Shown piece after piece: positions 29,567-43,680 of a stretch of 64,000 nucleotides of DNA. The position numbers and the translations under genes are program-made. The first letter of the stretch is position 1; every line of letters begins with the position of its first letter. The DNA is from Eledone cirrhosa (lineage: Eukaryota). The notes beneath the pieces were generated by a model. It ran no database searches. It saw only the letters and a program-made list of their open reading frames with translations, and was not told the origin of the DNA. The stretch spans positions 15,996,001 to 16,060,000 of the forward strand of contig OZ024749.1 of assembly GCA_964016885.1 (NCBI GenBank), read 5' to 3'.

Positions 29567-29758
29567 CCCAACATTAGTGATTAACACCACCACCCCTCAT
29601 CCCTCCCACCCTACCCATTTCCTATATTTTAATAGAAGTAGCTGTAATATGGTAAACTGTCAATTGCTGCTGCATGTCCTAGTTCTGTGTCACATTAGAA
29701 CAACTCCTTATGAATTCGATGTCTTAAGGGACAACACAATCATTATTTTACTCATATA

Positions 29759-29845
29759 TTTCATCCTTACGGGGTCGATAAAATAAAGTACCAGTAATGC
29801 ACTGGGTATTTGCTGGCCTTGTGCCAAAAGTAGAAACAATTATTT
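29759..29845 (+). mobile_element. Family A SINE 3' fragment
   Basis: TTTCATCCTTACGGGGTCGATAAAATAAAGTACCAG...GTGCCAAAAGTAGAAACAATTAT. Confidence 0.85.
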
Positions 29846-29879
29846 TACTCATATATTTACCTCCTCCTCACACTCCGCT

Positions 29880-31270
<1,391 letters not shown>

Positions 31271-31377
31271 ATTAGTATATTTTGTGTTAGTTAATCAGCT
31301 GACACTAGTGCACGCTAGATAGAGCACTCAACGAAGTATACATGTATGACTGTGTACTCCAGTATATTAGTATAACA

Positions 31378-31566
31378 TTGAAGTAGAAGTTAGTAGGTTA
31401 GAATTTACCTCAGTTATTTGTTACACAATCGCTATTATACGTAAAATTCGATGGTAAATGCTATGTAACAGTTACGACATCATCAGGCAGCTATTATGTG
31501 AAAACAAAGTTACAGTTGCATAACAAATAAATGAGGTAAATTCTAATCTATTGACATCTACTTGAA
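31378..31566 (-). mobile_element. Old imperfect inverted repeat enclosing a degenerate hammerhead-like motif
   Basis: Arms TTAGAATTTACCTCAGTTATTTGTTA / TAACAAATAAATGAGGTAAATTCTAA; the spacer on minus reads CTGATGATG...CATCGAAT. Confidence 0.45.
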
Positions 31567-31833
31567 ATATGTATATATATATAATGATTGACTAGTACTT
31601 TCGTATCTGCGACGTTGCCGCCTAATGTCGCTTACTGTCCCTTCCCAGCAAGTTTACCACTCATTTCCATCTCATTCCTCCTCATATATTCACTCTATTT
31701 TAAATCTGTTTCATTCTTGAGATTGTTCAAACACCCAACCACCCAACCCAATAATTTGTTTTTACCTCTTCCACTTTTCAAATTCATTTTTCCCCGATTC
31801 AATAATAACAACAACAACAGCAGCAGTAGCAGC

Positions 31834-31869
<36 letters not shown>

Positions 31870-32611
31870 AATAACAATATTAATTTCAGCCCGAAGCTTT
31901 AAAATAAATTACCATTGAAAAAAAATGCCGCACATTAAATGGTTTAATCCACCCTTCAATTTAAATATCAAAACTAATCTAGCAAGCAACTATTAAACCT
32001 CATTAATAAACACTTTGCAATTAGCCGCAGGTATCTGATATTATTCACTACAAAGTCAAAGCTACACAATCAATATGATAAAAACAACAACATTCTCTCA
32101 AAATGGCCAACTAATTTGAAACGAGAGAACATCAACCGTACATGAGGAAAATAAGGAGTAAAAAGTTATGACAACTTAAAGTGAAGAGCTACAAAATGAC
32201 AGTTATTTATTTCAACACGATAATATTACTGGTACCACAACTCGGTTGGTGCTACTGCTGTTCCTTCCACATATAGAGAAATCCCTGACTGCACCGAAAT
32301 AGGTCATCTGATTGATTGGCATGACATCAACTCCCATTCCCCTTTCTCACTATGGTAACTTCTTAGCCAAAGATCTTGGTTTATTCACCCATCAATATAG
32401 AATCATAAATATTTAAGAAAATCAAAAATCAATAAACTTTATATTCCTTGATCACCGCAGTCAAACATTTTCCTAAATATATTTCCTTTAATTTATTTAA
32501 ACTTTTATAAACTGTTAAGCTCAGCTATATATATTGTAGTCTCTTCTCCCTCTGACATTTCTAGCGATACTACAGAAGTGTTAGCTCCCCTGAACTAGCT
32601 GGTCTTATGAC

Positions 32612-32676
32612 ACACAGAGACCGCTGGAGAGAACTCGTCCATGGATCTCGGGAATTTTACCTGCCCTAGATAGATA
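32612..32676 (+). mobile_element. Extreme 3' stub of the RTE-like LINE seen at 38246-39080
   Basis: ACAGAGACCGCTGGAGAGAACTCGTCCATGGATCTCGGGAATTTTAC..CTAGATAGATA is near-identical to 39020-39082. Confidence 0.9.
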
Positions 32677-32870
32677 TATGCATATATATACATATTATAT
32701 ATATATATATGTGTGTGTGCGCGCGTGTGTAAATACGTGTTTATTTTATGAGTTGACGTTATGTGCAAGTGTGTGTTTTAGTGTTTTATTCTTGTGCGTG
32801 TGGTGTGTGTTCTTGTTAGTATACGCCTGTGTGTGTGTGTGTCACTGTCCCTATGTATGTGTAACTATCC

Positions 32871-32902
<32 letters not shown>

Positions 32903-33175
32903 CACTGCTCCTATGTATGTGTTTGTGTCACTGCCCCCACGTTATTCCAGTTCTCTACAGTCGCTACTGCAGAAGACGAAAACATTTCCGCCATAATTAT
33001 TCATCTTTTTCAATTATGGTCGAGACAGCTGGACGCCGTGGTTTTTGAAGATCACCACTGCCACCGACGGAAACGCCGACAACCCCCATTCCAATAGACT
33101 GTTGTTGCTGTTACAGTTGTTGTTGCTGTTACTGTTGTTGTTGTTCTTGTTACTAATGCAACATAGTAATAACGA

Positions 33176-34012
33176 TATGGATTGGCAGTATCGGTAGAGG
33201 GTCGGAGGCCATGCTTTGACGCAAAGAGTTACGGCCCTTGCCATTCTGAATTCGAATCCCGCCGAGGTTAACTTTGCCTTTCATCCTTACAGGCTCGATA
33301 AAATAAAGTACCAGTAATACACTGAGTATTTGCTGGCCTTGTGCCAAAAGTAGAAACAATTAATAGTAATAACGATAATATATATTTTTTAATTATTGAC
33401 ACAAAGCCAGCAATTTGGGGGAAGCGAAAAGTCGACCATATCGACTCCAGTATGTTACTGGTGCTTTATCTTATAGACCCCTTAAGGACGAAAGACAAAA
33501 AGGGTGGCCTCAGCGAGGATTTGAACTCAGAACGTAAAGGGTTGTAACTAAATACCGCGAAGCAGTTTGTCCGACACTCTACCGACTCTGTCAATCCACT
33601 AATAATAATAATTTCAGATTTAGGCACAAGGCCAACAATTTTGGCAGGAGGGAAAAGTCGATTAAATTAACCCCAGTACATTACGGATACTTTATTTTAT
33701 CGACCCCGTAAGGATGAAAGGCAAAGCTAACCTCAAACTGGATTTGAACTCAGAACGTAAAGGGACGTAACTATATGCCTGTTGTCCGACGCTCTGCCGA
33801 TTCTGCAATCCACCAATAATACTAATTGTTATTACTAATCTGTAATAAAGGGCGGTGGATTGGCAGTATCGGTGGAGGGTTGGGCGGCATGCTTTGCAGC
33901 ATAGAGTCACGGCTCTTTGCGGTCTGAGGTCATCCTTACGGGGTCGATAAAATAAAGTACCTGTAATACACTGGAATAATTGCCGGCCTTGTGCCAAATG
34001 TAGAAACAATCA
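33176..34012. mobile_element. Cluster of four family A SINEs in +,-,-,+ orientation
   Basis: ~33176-33365 (+), ~33392-33600 (-), ~33618-33815 (-), ~33850-34012 (+, internally deleted); B-box GAATTCGAATCC / GAGTTCAAATCC. Confidence 0.85.
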
Positions 34013-34294
34013 TTAATCACTAATTTAGACGGTTTGGCACAAAGACTCAAATCTGGGGCAACGTGTAATCGATTACAATCGATTACCTGAGCTGATACTT
34101 AATTTTAATGACCATCAAATCACAACAAATCAAATTTTAAGTGTATGAAACTTTGTTTATACTAAATAAATTCTCTGGCAACAGATTGAGCAGTTTTACC
34201 TACACACACCACACACAGATATACAGATATATAGACATATATATATTATTCTAAATATTAATAAATGAATACGTTCATATAATCAACATATATG

Positions 34295-34356
34295 TTTTAT
34301 TATATATATTTCGGAGGTACTGTGCTGTTTTTTCAGTACGTCCTCGTCAGATAAAA
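34295..34356 (-). ncRNA. Type I hammerhead ribozyme (mirror copy)
   Basis: Exact reverse complement of 34458-34519. Confidence 0.85.
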
Positions 34357-34457
34357 TATATGAATTGATGTATGACATACCTCAACTGTCTTGATGGTTC
34401 AATTCCAGTATTGTAACCATCAAGACAGTTGAGGTATGTCATACATCAATTCATATA

Positions 34458-34519
34458 TTTTATCTGACGAGGACGTACTGAAAAAACAGCACAGTACCTC
34501 CGAAATATATATAATAAAA
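34458..34519 (+). ncRNA. Type I hammerhead ribozyme
   Basis: TTTTAT CTGACGA GGAcGTACTG-loop-CAGTACcTCC GAAA TATATA TA ATAAAA: 6-bp stem I, intact core, palindromic stem III, predicted AUA cleavage after 34513. Confidence 0.88.
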
Positions 34520-34662
34520 CATATATGTTGATTATATGAACGTATTCATTTATTAATATTTTGAATAATATTACTAACTCCAGAAAACTACCTTATGGAG
34601 TGCTTTTAATCTATTGTAAAACTATATTCATTGAGTAATCAATGAATCATATTAATATTTGG

Positions 34663-34725
<63 letters not shown>

Positions 34726-34907
34726 AAAAGATGTGAGAAAAACCACAAACCCTTCATCTCAACTCTACTTTTGAAAAGCAGAACTCCGAAACCGGTAAAG
34801 GAACCAAGTAAATATATATTTAAAAAAAAAGACTCCAATTGCATTTTCGATTTCATCATTTTTCTTTATATATATATATATAGTATATATATATATATAT
34901 ATATATA

Positions 34908-35007
<100 letters not shown>

Positions 35008-35228
35008 GTATATACATACATATATATATACATACATATATATATACCTATATAGTATATAACACAACAGTTAGTTCGCCATATATATATATATTCACGC
35101 ATATATGCATACATACTTACATAGACACATATAAACACAAATAAACAAATATACACAATATTTTACTTGATCTTTCATCTACGGTTATCTACACACCCGC
35201 ACAGACACACACACACACACACACACAG

Positions 35229-35299
<71 letters not shown>

Positions 35300-35302
35300 T
35301 AT

Positions 35303-35549
35303 TCTAGGGCGGGTAAAGTTCCCGAGATCCATGGACGAGTTCTCTCCAGCGGTCTCTGTCCCTCATTATCGCTGCCATGTCCTGCGTCTCCAACAGACCA
35401 GTGTCTGTCCTTAGGGCATCAACATACGGTAACCTTGGTCTTCCTCTTCCAGTGTGTCCATGTAGGGGCTCCCACAGGAGCACTGAGTGCAGTCTCAACT
35501 CTGGATGTCGGTGAGCATGTCCAGCCAACCTCAGTCTCCTCTGTGTCAC
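35303..35549 (-). mobile_element. 5'-truncated RTE-like LINE 3' end inserted in (TA)n
   Basis: VTQRRLRLAGHAHRHPEL...GRGRPRLPYVDAL..DRDRWR; highly similar to 38831-39075. Confidence 0.9.
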
Positions 35550-36172
35550 GTATAGGTATGTATATGTATATATATATATGAATATGTATAGGTACGTATA
35601 TGAATATATATATACGTGTATGTGTGTGTGTGCGTAAGGGTGCATGTATGAGAGCGTGTGTACCTGATTTGATCAGAGCTCAACAAGCATTTACTCTTTG
35701 TCGCTCTGTCTGTCTATCGGTCTGTCTGTGTGACGCCGACACGAAACCCCGTGGCTCTACTAGTACTGTAAAACGTCACTCATAAACAATATGCACAATT
35801 ACCACTGCACCTCCCCACAAAATGTACCACTGTACCACCCCCCTACATCCACCACCACCACCACCACCACTGCACCACCCCACAACATCCACCACCACCA
35901 CCACCACTGCACCACCCCACAACATGCACACCCACCCCACCACCACATTGCACTGTATCCCCCACCCTACCCCCATTCAATCCCCAGCACCACCACCACT
36001 GAACCTCCCCCCACTTCACACACACACACCACCACCACATAAAACGAAATCTCCCCGCCACCACCATCATACAATCACCTGCCCTTACATCAATATTTCT
36101 GTGCCAAAAATACATATTTCTGTCAAACAAGGCTGCTTTATTCCACATTCTTACAGATAATCACATTTATTT

Positions 36173-36254
<82 letters not shown>

Positions 36255-36269
36255 CATATGTATATATAC

Positions 36270-36368
<99 letters not shown>

Positions 36369-36430
36369 CATACATACTGTATTTATATATATATGTATAT
36401 ATACATACATATATATATATGTATATATAC

Positions 36431-36492
<62 letters not shown>

Positions 36493-36579
36493 ATATGTAT
36501 ATACATACATATATATATTTCGTTTCTGAATTTGTTTAGCAAGATTCTTTATCTGAAAACGTGTGTTGAAACCGATACA

Positions 36580-37006
36580 GTTATGCTTTGGGAGGGTCAT
36601 GTTGCCAATAAGAAACACACGCACCAGTTGCGTTCACTTCAATTTATTATAATAAATTTATAACTTTAGGAATTTATAAATTTCCGGTTGGTTGGTTGGT
36701 TCCACAACCAGATGGTTGTTTATATATTGTCAAAGTTCTTTCGTCGCACATTCTGTGACCTCTTCAGTGACTGGGGATTCTTTTCTTTGTTTTTTGTGCC
36801 TCTCCTTTGTTCTGTCCTACGCCATCAAAACAAGATGGCGTAGGACAGAACAAAGGAGATAAACAACCATCTGGTTGTGGAACCAACCAACCAACCAACC
36901 GGAAATTTATAAATTCCCAAATTTGTAAATTTATTATAATAAATTGAAGTGAAAGCAACTGGTGCGTGTGTTTCTTATTGGCAACATGACCCTCCCAAAG
37001 TATAAC
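36580..37006. mobile_element. ~143-bp inverted repeat with an inner 26-bp hairpin and a hammerhead in the spacer
   Basis: 36580-36722 vs 36860-37006 are reverse-complementary; 36801-36826 / 36834-36859 form a perfect hairpin. Confidence 0.85.
36729..36771 (-). ncRNA. Minimal type I hammerhead-like motif
   Basis: GTCA CTGAAGA GGTCACAGAATGTGCGAC GAAA GAAC TT TGAC; stem I GTCA/TGAC; stem III tetramer one change away from palindromic. Confidence 0.7.
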
Positions 37007-37451
37007 AATACATATATATATATATATATGTGTGTGTATGTATACATGTATACATGTATATATGTGTGTATATATACATACACATACATATATACATACA
37101 TATATACATACATACATACATACATATATGCATACATACGTACATACATATATACATACATAGGTACGTACGTACATACATATTTATATACATAAATATA
37201 TATATACATACATATATATATACATATATATATATACATATTTACATATTTACATACATATTTACGTAGATACATATTTACATACATATTTATATACATA
37301 TATATATATATATATAATATATATATACATTAATACATACAAATATATATATATATATATGATTATATATATAAACATATGTTTATATTTATATACATAC
37401 ACACACACACATATATATATATATACATATATATATATATGTATATATATA

Positions 37452-37510
37452 TATGTAAGTATGTATGTATACGTACTTACATATATGTATACAGACGTAC
37501 AGTAGCATGC

Positions 37511-37542
<32 letters not shown>

Positions 37543-37870
37543 TTATATACATATATATACATACATGCACACAGGTACACATACATATATGCACGCATCA
37601 GTTTAGCCGACGTTTATTATAACGCAGTTTTGTTCGTTTGTTTGTCAACATAGGCATAAATTCAGGCTGTTCTGTTTGTTGACAAACAAACGAACAAAGC
37701 TGCGTTATAATAAACGTCGGCTAAACTGATGCGTGCATATATGTATGTGTACCTGTGTGCATGTATGTATATATATGTATATAAATATATATATATATAT
37801 GTATATATATGCATGCTACTGTACGTCTGTATACATATATGTATGTACGTATACATCACATACTTACATT
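37452..37870. repeat. ~200-bp-arm inverted repeat, related to the 39090-39750 element
   Basis: CATCAGTTTAGCCGACGTTTATTATAACGCAG / CTGCGTTATAATAAACGTCGGCTAAACTGATG; shares ATACAGACGTACAGTAG with ~39124. Confidence 0.85.
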
Positions 37871-37925
37871 TAAGTAAGTGCCATACTAAGAGTGAGAAAT
37901 GAAATTTCGTTTTCATTTTTTTCAA

Positions 37926-37985
<60 letters not shown>

Positions 37986-38245
37986 CAGACAAACAGACAT
38001 TCATTCGTAAATATATAATTACGTACATACATATTTACTCAAAAGAGGTTTTAGGCATACACAAACATATAGATTACACACACACACAGACATACACACA
38101 TATAAATATATATATACATATGCATATACACACTCACACATATACACGCACATACGCACATACACATTTACACACACATATGACTTTATATAAATGCACC
38201 CTCTTGTTTATTTGCTGTATTCTCGATATACATAAATATATAAAC

Positions 38246-39080
38246 AACCTCCTGCATCAAATCCTCTGCCTCCTTCACTGTATTTGTCACCAAAACTATG
38301 TCGTCGGCAAATTCAGCATCCGATATCTTTCTCGCCTTAACTCTCCTGCTCTGAGCCGGTGCTACAGTAAAGCCAGAGTCCTGGTATTTCTCCAGTGCAA
38401 TGCGCATACAATAGCCCACTACGATGATAAAAAGGTAGGGAGCCAATGTAACTCCCTGGAGCACTCCAGCCAGTATCTCAAAGAACTCTGTCATCCTATC
38501 AGCTGTAATGACCTGTATTTGGGAGCAAAGCTTGGGAATACGGAATATGATGTGGTTGAGAGGAAGAGCAAAGCCTGGGCGGCGTGCCACAGCTTGAGAT
38601 CGGTATGGAAGTCGGACCTTCGTAAAGACCTGAAAATCCGCCTCTTCATTGCTGTAGTGGAATCTGTGCTGCTGTACGGGTCTGAGACTTGGACACTGAC
38701 CAAGAAACTCACTCAGATGGTCGATGGGTGCTACACGAGAATGCTGAGGATGGCTCTGAACATTAATCAGTATACACTGAGGATGAAAAACTCAGAGCTG
38801 TATGGGAGCCTCCCAAAAGTCAGCTCAAAAGTGACACAGAGGAGAATGAGGTTAGCTGGACATGCTCACCGACATCCAGAGTTGACATTGCACTCATGCT
38901 CCCGTGGGAGCCCCTACATGGACACACTGGAAGAGGAAGACCAAGGTTAACGTATGTTGATGCCCTAAGGACAGACACTGGTCTGTTGGAGACGCAGGAC
39001 ATGGCAGCGATAATGAGGGACAGAGACCGCTGGAGAGAACTCGTCCATGGATCTCGGGAATTTTACCCGCTCTAGATAGA
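38246..39080 (+). mobile_element. RTE-like LINE relic with inverted 5' segment (38246-38515 on -, 38516-39080 on +), (TAGA)n tail
   Basis: Minus: GVLQGVTLAPYLF...FADDIVL (RT core). Plus: YLG...VESVLLYGSETWTL...RLAGH, with a frameshift near 38897. Confidence 0.9.
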
Positions 39081-39089
39081 TATATAAAT

Positions 39090-39750
39090 ATATATAAGTA
39101 TGTATACGTACATACATATATGTATACAGACGTACAGTAGTACGTATATATATACATACATGCACACATATATATATGTACGTATGGATTCACCGAACAT
39201 TTATTATAATGCTCGGTTTGTTTGTAAACAAACATCCCGAATTAAACCGTACAGTGTTTAGTAACCATCGTTGCCCTTTTGTTCAACACTGACAAAGGAA
39301 CGATGTACTAGTTTCAAGCTTATTAGCTATCGTCAGCACCGTATACCTTCCTGCCAGATGATTGAACGTCTGAAAGTATATACTTTCCTCATGCATATTA
39401 ACGGCTGAGCAGCCTAATTTGCATATCGAGTGAGTTAGTCGGCCGGGCGCACCGAAAACGATAAATGGAAAAATATGAAACGAAATTTTCATTTCTCACA
39501 CTTAGTACGGCTGTTACTTAAATATAAGTATGTGTTAATTCGGGATGTTTGTTTACAAACAAACAGACCATTATAATAAATGTTCAGTAAACTTACATAC
39601 ATACATTTATATATGTGTGTGCATGTATGTATATATATACATACTACTGTACGTCTGTATACATATATGTATGTACGTATACATACTTATATTTAAAGTT
39701 ACAGCCGTACTAAGAGTGGGAAATGAAATTTCGTTTCATATTTTCCATTG
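39090..39750. mobile_element. Complex interleaved inverted-repeat element containing a hammerhead
   Basis: 39090-39245 is inverted vs 39535-39692; 39462-39533 is inverted vs 39681-39748. Confidence 0.75.
39301..39341 (-). ncRNA. Minimal type I hammerhead ribozyme
   Basis: CGGTG CTGACGA TAGCT-AATA-AGCTT GAAA CTAG TA CATCG; palindromic CTAG stem III, GUA triplet, stem I with one G-U. Confidence 0.85.
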
Positions 39751-39803
<53 letters not shown>

Positions 39804-39981
39804 TACAGGTGTGTGTCTGTGTGTGTATAAATATGTGCCTGTGTGTGAATGTGAGTGTGTGTGTGAGTGTGTGCGTGTGAGTGTGTGTGTGTATTTGAAA
39901 TGGTAAACACACTTACAAAGACGTCTTTGCAATCAGAAAGCGGAAGCGATTATGCAAGAATACACACATTACAATGTATAG

Positions 39982-40031
39982 ATTGTTGTTGATGTTGTTG
40001 ATGATGATGATGATGATGATGTTGCTGTTGT

Positions 40032-40063
<32 letters not shown>

Positions 40064-40203
40064 TTGCTGTTGATGATGATGATGGTATTGATGTTGCTGT
40101 TGCTGATGTTGATGCAAATGATGAGGATGTTGTTGATGATGATGATGATGATGATGAGGATGGTCTTGATGATGATGATGATGTTGGTGTTGGATGACGA
40201 TGG
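39982..40203. repeat. (GAT)n trinucleotide microsatellite
   Basis: Direct observation. Confidence 0.9.
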
Positions 40204-40634
40204 TGTACTTTCGTCAAACTTGATTCAACATACATGCGATCAAAAGCGTTCCATTATTGACCTTCATGTCAAATATATATGTACATACATATTATAATCT
40301 CCTTATAATATATAACCAGCAATTTCTCTGTCTGTCTGTCCGACAGTGGAAATACGTGCGCGCGTGCGAATGTTTTTTGCGCACGCGTAGAGAGAGAGTG
40401 AGAGTGAAAGAAAGAGACAGACTACAAGAGGGGGATAGCGGGAGGGAGGGAGGGGGGAATTGAGGAGTGCTACAGAAACATATATACATTTGTGTGTGTG
40501 TGTAATATATATATATATATACACACACAGAAATATATATATATACACAGAGAAATATATATACATTTCTGTGTGTGTAATATATATATATATATATATA
40601 CACACACAGAAATATATATACATTTCTGTGTGTG

Positions 40635-40688
<54 letters not shown>

Positions 40689-40785
40689 CACACACAGAAA
40701 TGTATATATATTTCTGTGTGTATATATATATATTACACACAGAGAAATGTATATATATACACACACAGAAATATATATACATTTC

Positions 40786-40844
<59 letters not shown>

Positions 40845-41129
40845 CACACACAGAAATGTATATATATATACACACAGAAATATATATACATCCCTTAGCT
40901 ACTGTACTGTATCTGTTGCTATCTCTCTCTCTCTCCAGCTATCCCTCTCTTTTAGTCTGTCTGTTTATCTCACTCTCACTCTTTCTCTTTGTAACACACT
41001 AACATTCCTCCCCTCTATCGCTGTGACGAATGGGGAGATGGAGGAGGAGGAGAAGGAGAGAGTCACTTCGTCACTTCACCTCTGCCTTTCTTTCTCTCCC
41101 CTCTCACTCCCTTATTACGTACAGACATT

Positions 41130-41259
41130 AGGGCGGTGGATTGGCAGAATCTGTAGAGAGTCGGACACCATGCTTCATAGCATGGAGTTACGTCCCTTTA
41201 CGGTCTGAGTTCAAATACCGCCGAGGTTAACTTTGCCTTTCATCCTCGCGGGGTCGATA
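41130..41259 (+). mobile_element. Family A SINE 5' part, ending at a Helitron-like junction
   Basis: GGGCGGTGGATTGGCAG...GAGTTCAAATACC...GGGGTCGATA then diverges. Confidence 0.8.
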
Positions 41260-41334
41260 TCTACATGCATATAATATCAATATACACACTACACATGCTA
41301 GCAGAAAACCACCCGAGGCTGGTTTTTCTGCTAG

Positions 41335-41855
41335 TCTATATATATATAAAACTGAGGATGTCTGTCTGTGTGTGTGTGTGTGAGTTTGAATCCCTAAAAC
41401 TAGAGAAGCACCCAACCGACTGTTTTCAAACTTTACACATGTAAAACTTATGTTTTAGGGAGTGTTCTGAGCAAAACAAATTTCAAATGTTCAATGCCCT
41501 AGGGACCGCATTAGGCGATTTAGCGATCTCTCTCTATAATTCTTAGTCTTTCTCTTTTTAGATAGATAGATACATATAACGTCGCGCCCTTATAATATCT
41601 GTCTGTATGTCTGGCTGTATGCTGTCTCTGGTTATTCTGCCACCCTTGCTCAAGACAAATCTCACACTCATTCCCCAGACAGTTGGTAAGTGCACACAAC
41701 TTCTTCCTCACGTTTTAAGCCACAGTGTTGCTTACTTACGTACCACCAGACCCTTACTTCTTTGCCAGCCGTGGTTGTGGCAATACTAAGCTTAGCTAAG
41801 GCGGTTATATATTTCACAATACCTTATCTCGTGCAACGCCGGGTACCACTGCTAG
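41335..41855 (+). mobile_element. Non-autonomous Helitron-like element
   Basis: 5' TCTATATATATATAAAA..TGTCTGTCTGTG; 3' CTCGTGCAACGCCGGG hairpin then CTAG|T; preceded by another CTAG-ended unit at 41260-41334. Confidence 0.65.
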
Positions 41856-42214
41856 TTGAATATAAAGAAAAACGAACACAGATATATACATATATGTGTT
41901 CAAATCGTAAGGGACCAGATTCGCTAAGGTGAAAAGAATAATAACTATAGACAATAGGGTTTGCCAGACTCAATTTAAGAATAAATCAAGAAAATAAATA
42001 CAAACCGGAATTGTGGTAACTACCAATCACCCACAATTACCACAGTTACCACAATTCCAGGTTTGTATTTATTTTCTTGATTTATTCTTAAATTGAGTCT
42101 GGCAAACCCTATTGTCTATAGTTATTATTCTTTTCACCTTAGCGAATCTGGTCCCTTACGATTTGAACACATGTATGTATATATCTGTGTTCGTTTTTCT
42201 TTTATATTCAATTA
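41853..42214. repeat. ~168-bp-arm near-perfect palindrome (no hammerhead core seen)
   Basis: 41853-42021 vs 42044-42214 are reverse-complementary; the 22-nt spacer re-uses CCACAATT/TTACCAC motifs. Confidence 0.9.
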
Positions 42215-42682
42215 TAATATACGGCTCGGAAAAATCTCTTTCCTAGAGCTATTATATTGTAAGAGACTATTTTGAGTTTCTAACTCAATATATACCTTTG
42301 ATATGTGCATATATATATATACGTATATATACTATATGTATAGGTACTATGTAAAGATGTATATCTATTTATATATTACTGAAACTCTCTGATTGCTTGC
42401 TTGCTGGTCTGTAATGTAATACAGCCAAAAGGGCGCGTAAATGGAAAATACTTTGAAAGGAAGTTGCCCCTGAAATGGGAATACAAATGGAATAAAACAA
42501 GTTCCGCGTAAATCGGACCACGGGTCTTCCGGGTACCTTCATAAACAGAGAGAAAGATATATAGAGAGGAAATGGTTGCAACATTGAAAGAGAGCTGGTG
42601 GTGTTGTATATATATATATATATATATATTTATATACAAGCATAAATACTATAAAAAGATGTATGTGTATATATATATATAT

Positions 42683-42783
42683 ATATTATACATATTTCAG
42701 AGGTACTGAGTTAACTTCAACAGTACGTCCTCATCAGATAAAATACGATAATGCATGACATACCCTGACATAGTAGATGGTTA
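42683..42783 (-). ncRNA. Hammerhead-bearing fragment of the 34243-34571 family
   Basis: Minus: TTTTAT CTGATGA GGACGTACTG-ttgaagttaact-CAGTACCTCT GAAA TATGTA TA ATA; stem II conserved, loop replaced. Confidence 0.75.
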
Positions 42784-42852
42784 AGATTCAGTCATGGTAG
42801 TTAGTAAGATTCAGTCATCAGTTATTCATTGAACCTTGTTTAACCTTTAAAT

Positions 42853-42885
<33 letters not shown>

Positions 42886-42899
42886 AATATATATATATA

Positions 42900-42930
<31 letters not shown>

Positions 42931-42935
42931 TTATT

Positions 42936-43070
42936 TATTTATTAAAATAACAGATTAAAGTTTAAGCAAAGAATCGCTGGTTTCACCCTTAACAGGATCT
43001 TCTGAAGATCCCGTTAAGGGTGAAAGCACCGATTCTTTGCTTAAACTTTAATCTCTTATTTTAATAAATA
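42936..43070. mobile_element. Palindrome centred on a CTGAAGA core (hammerhead-like)
   Basis: GATCTTC-T-GAAGATC centre at 43003, then TCCC-GTTAA-GGGT GAAA; a single-arm copy lies at ~60950-61015. Confidence 0.7.
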
Positions 43071-43154
43071 TTTGCTCTACGGTTCTTATATATTTGATAT
43101 ATATTTATCCTTATCGAGCCCTCTTTGGATTTTAGTCTTCAAATTTATTATTAT

Positions 43155-43228
<74 letters not shown>

Positions 43229-43418
43229 AAGATAGTATTTATAGTTATGTATATACTATGAACAACTATAAACAGGAAAGGTCAGTAATTTCTTACTACC
43301 TTATTGCCAGTAAGAGAAATACCTCAATGTAAGAACAGAGCAGGAATATAAATTACACAATTATTAAAGTTATGTCCAAATCATTTGATTTGAACATAAC
43401 TTTGATAATTGTGTAATT

Positions 43419-43525
<107 letters not shown>

Positions 43526-43640
43526 GTATGTGACAACGTCAGCCGTAACTCGCTCAGTATGCAAATGAGGCTTCTCAGCTGATGTGTACTTAAGAAAATA
43601 CTACGTATTTTCAACCATTCAAGAGATTGGCAGAGGTATA

Positions 43641-43680
43641 CACTCCTGAAAAAGGTAATGACTCAGAAACATGTTGATTG
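43641..43680 (+). ncRNA. Decayed minimal hammerhead-like motif
   Basis: CACTC CTGAAAA AGGTAATGACTCA GAAA CATG TT GATTG; palindromic CATG; core G8 mutated. Confidence 0.4.

Larger units (their letters stand above)
34243..34571. mobile_element. 157-bp-arm near-perfect palindrome carrying a hammerhead in each arm (Penelope-like pLTR/retrozyme fold-back)
   Basis: 34243-34399 is the reverse complement of 34415-34571 (1 mismatch seen); 15-nt spacer. Confidence 0.85.

Noticed and set aside
27785-29567. 526-aa (QYVP)n and 591-aa (VVHI)n ORFs
   Set aside because: The 12-bp unit is divisible by 3 and open on both strands; no non-repetitive domain or synonymous-site pattern
32940-33100. GC-richer island as a coding exon
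   Set aside because: No recognisable product and no consistent acceptor/donor pair in any frame
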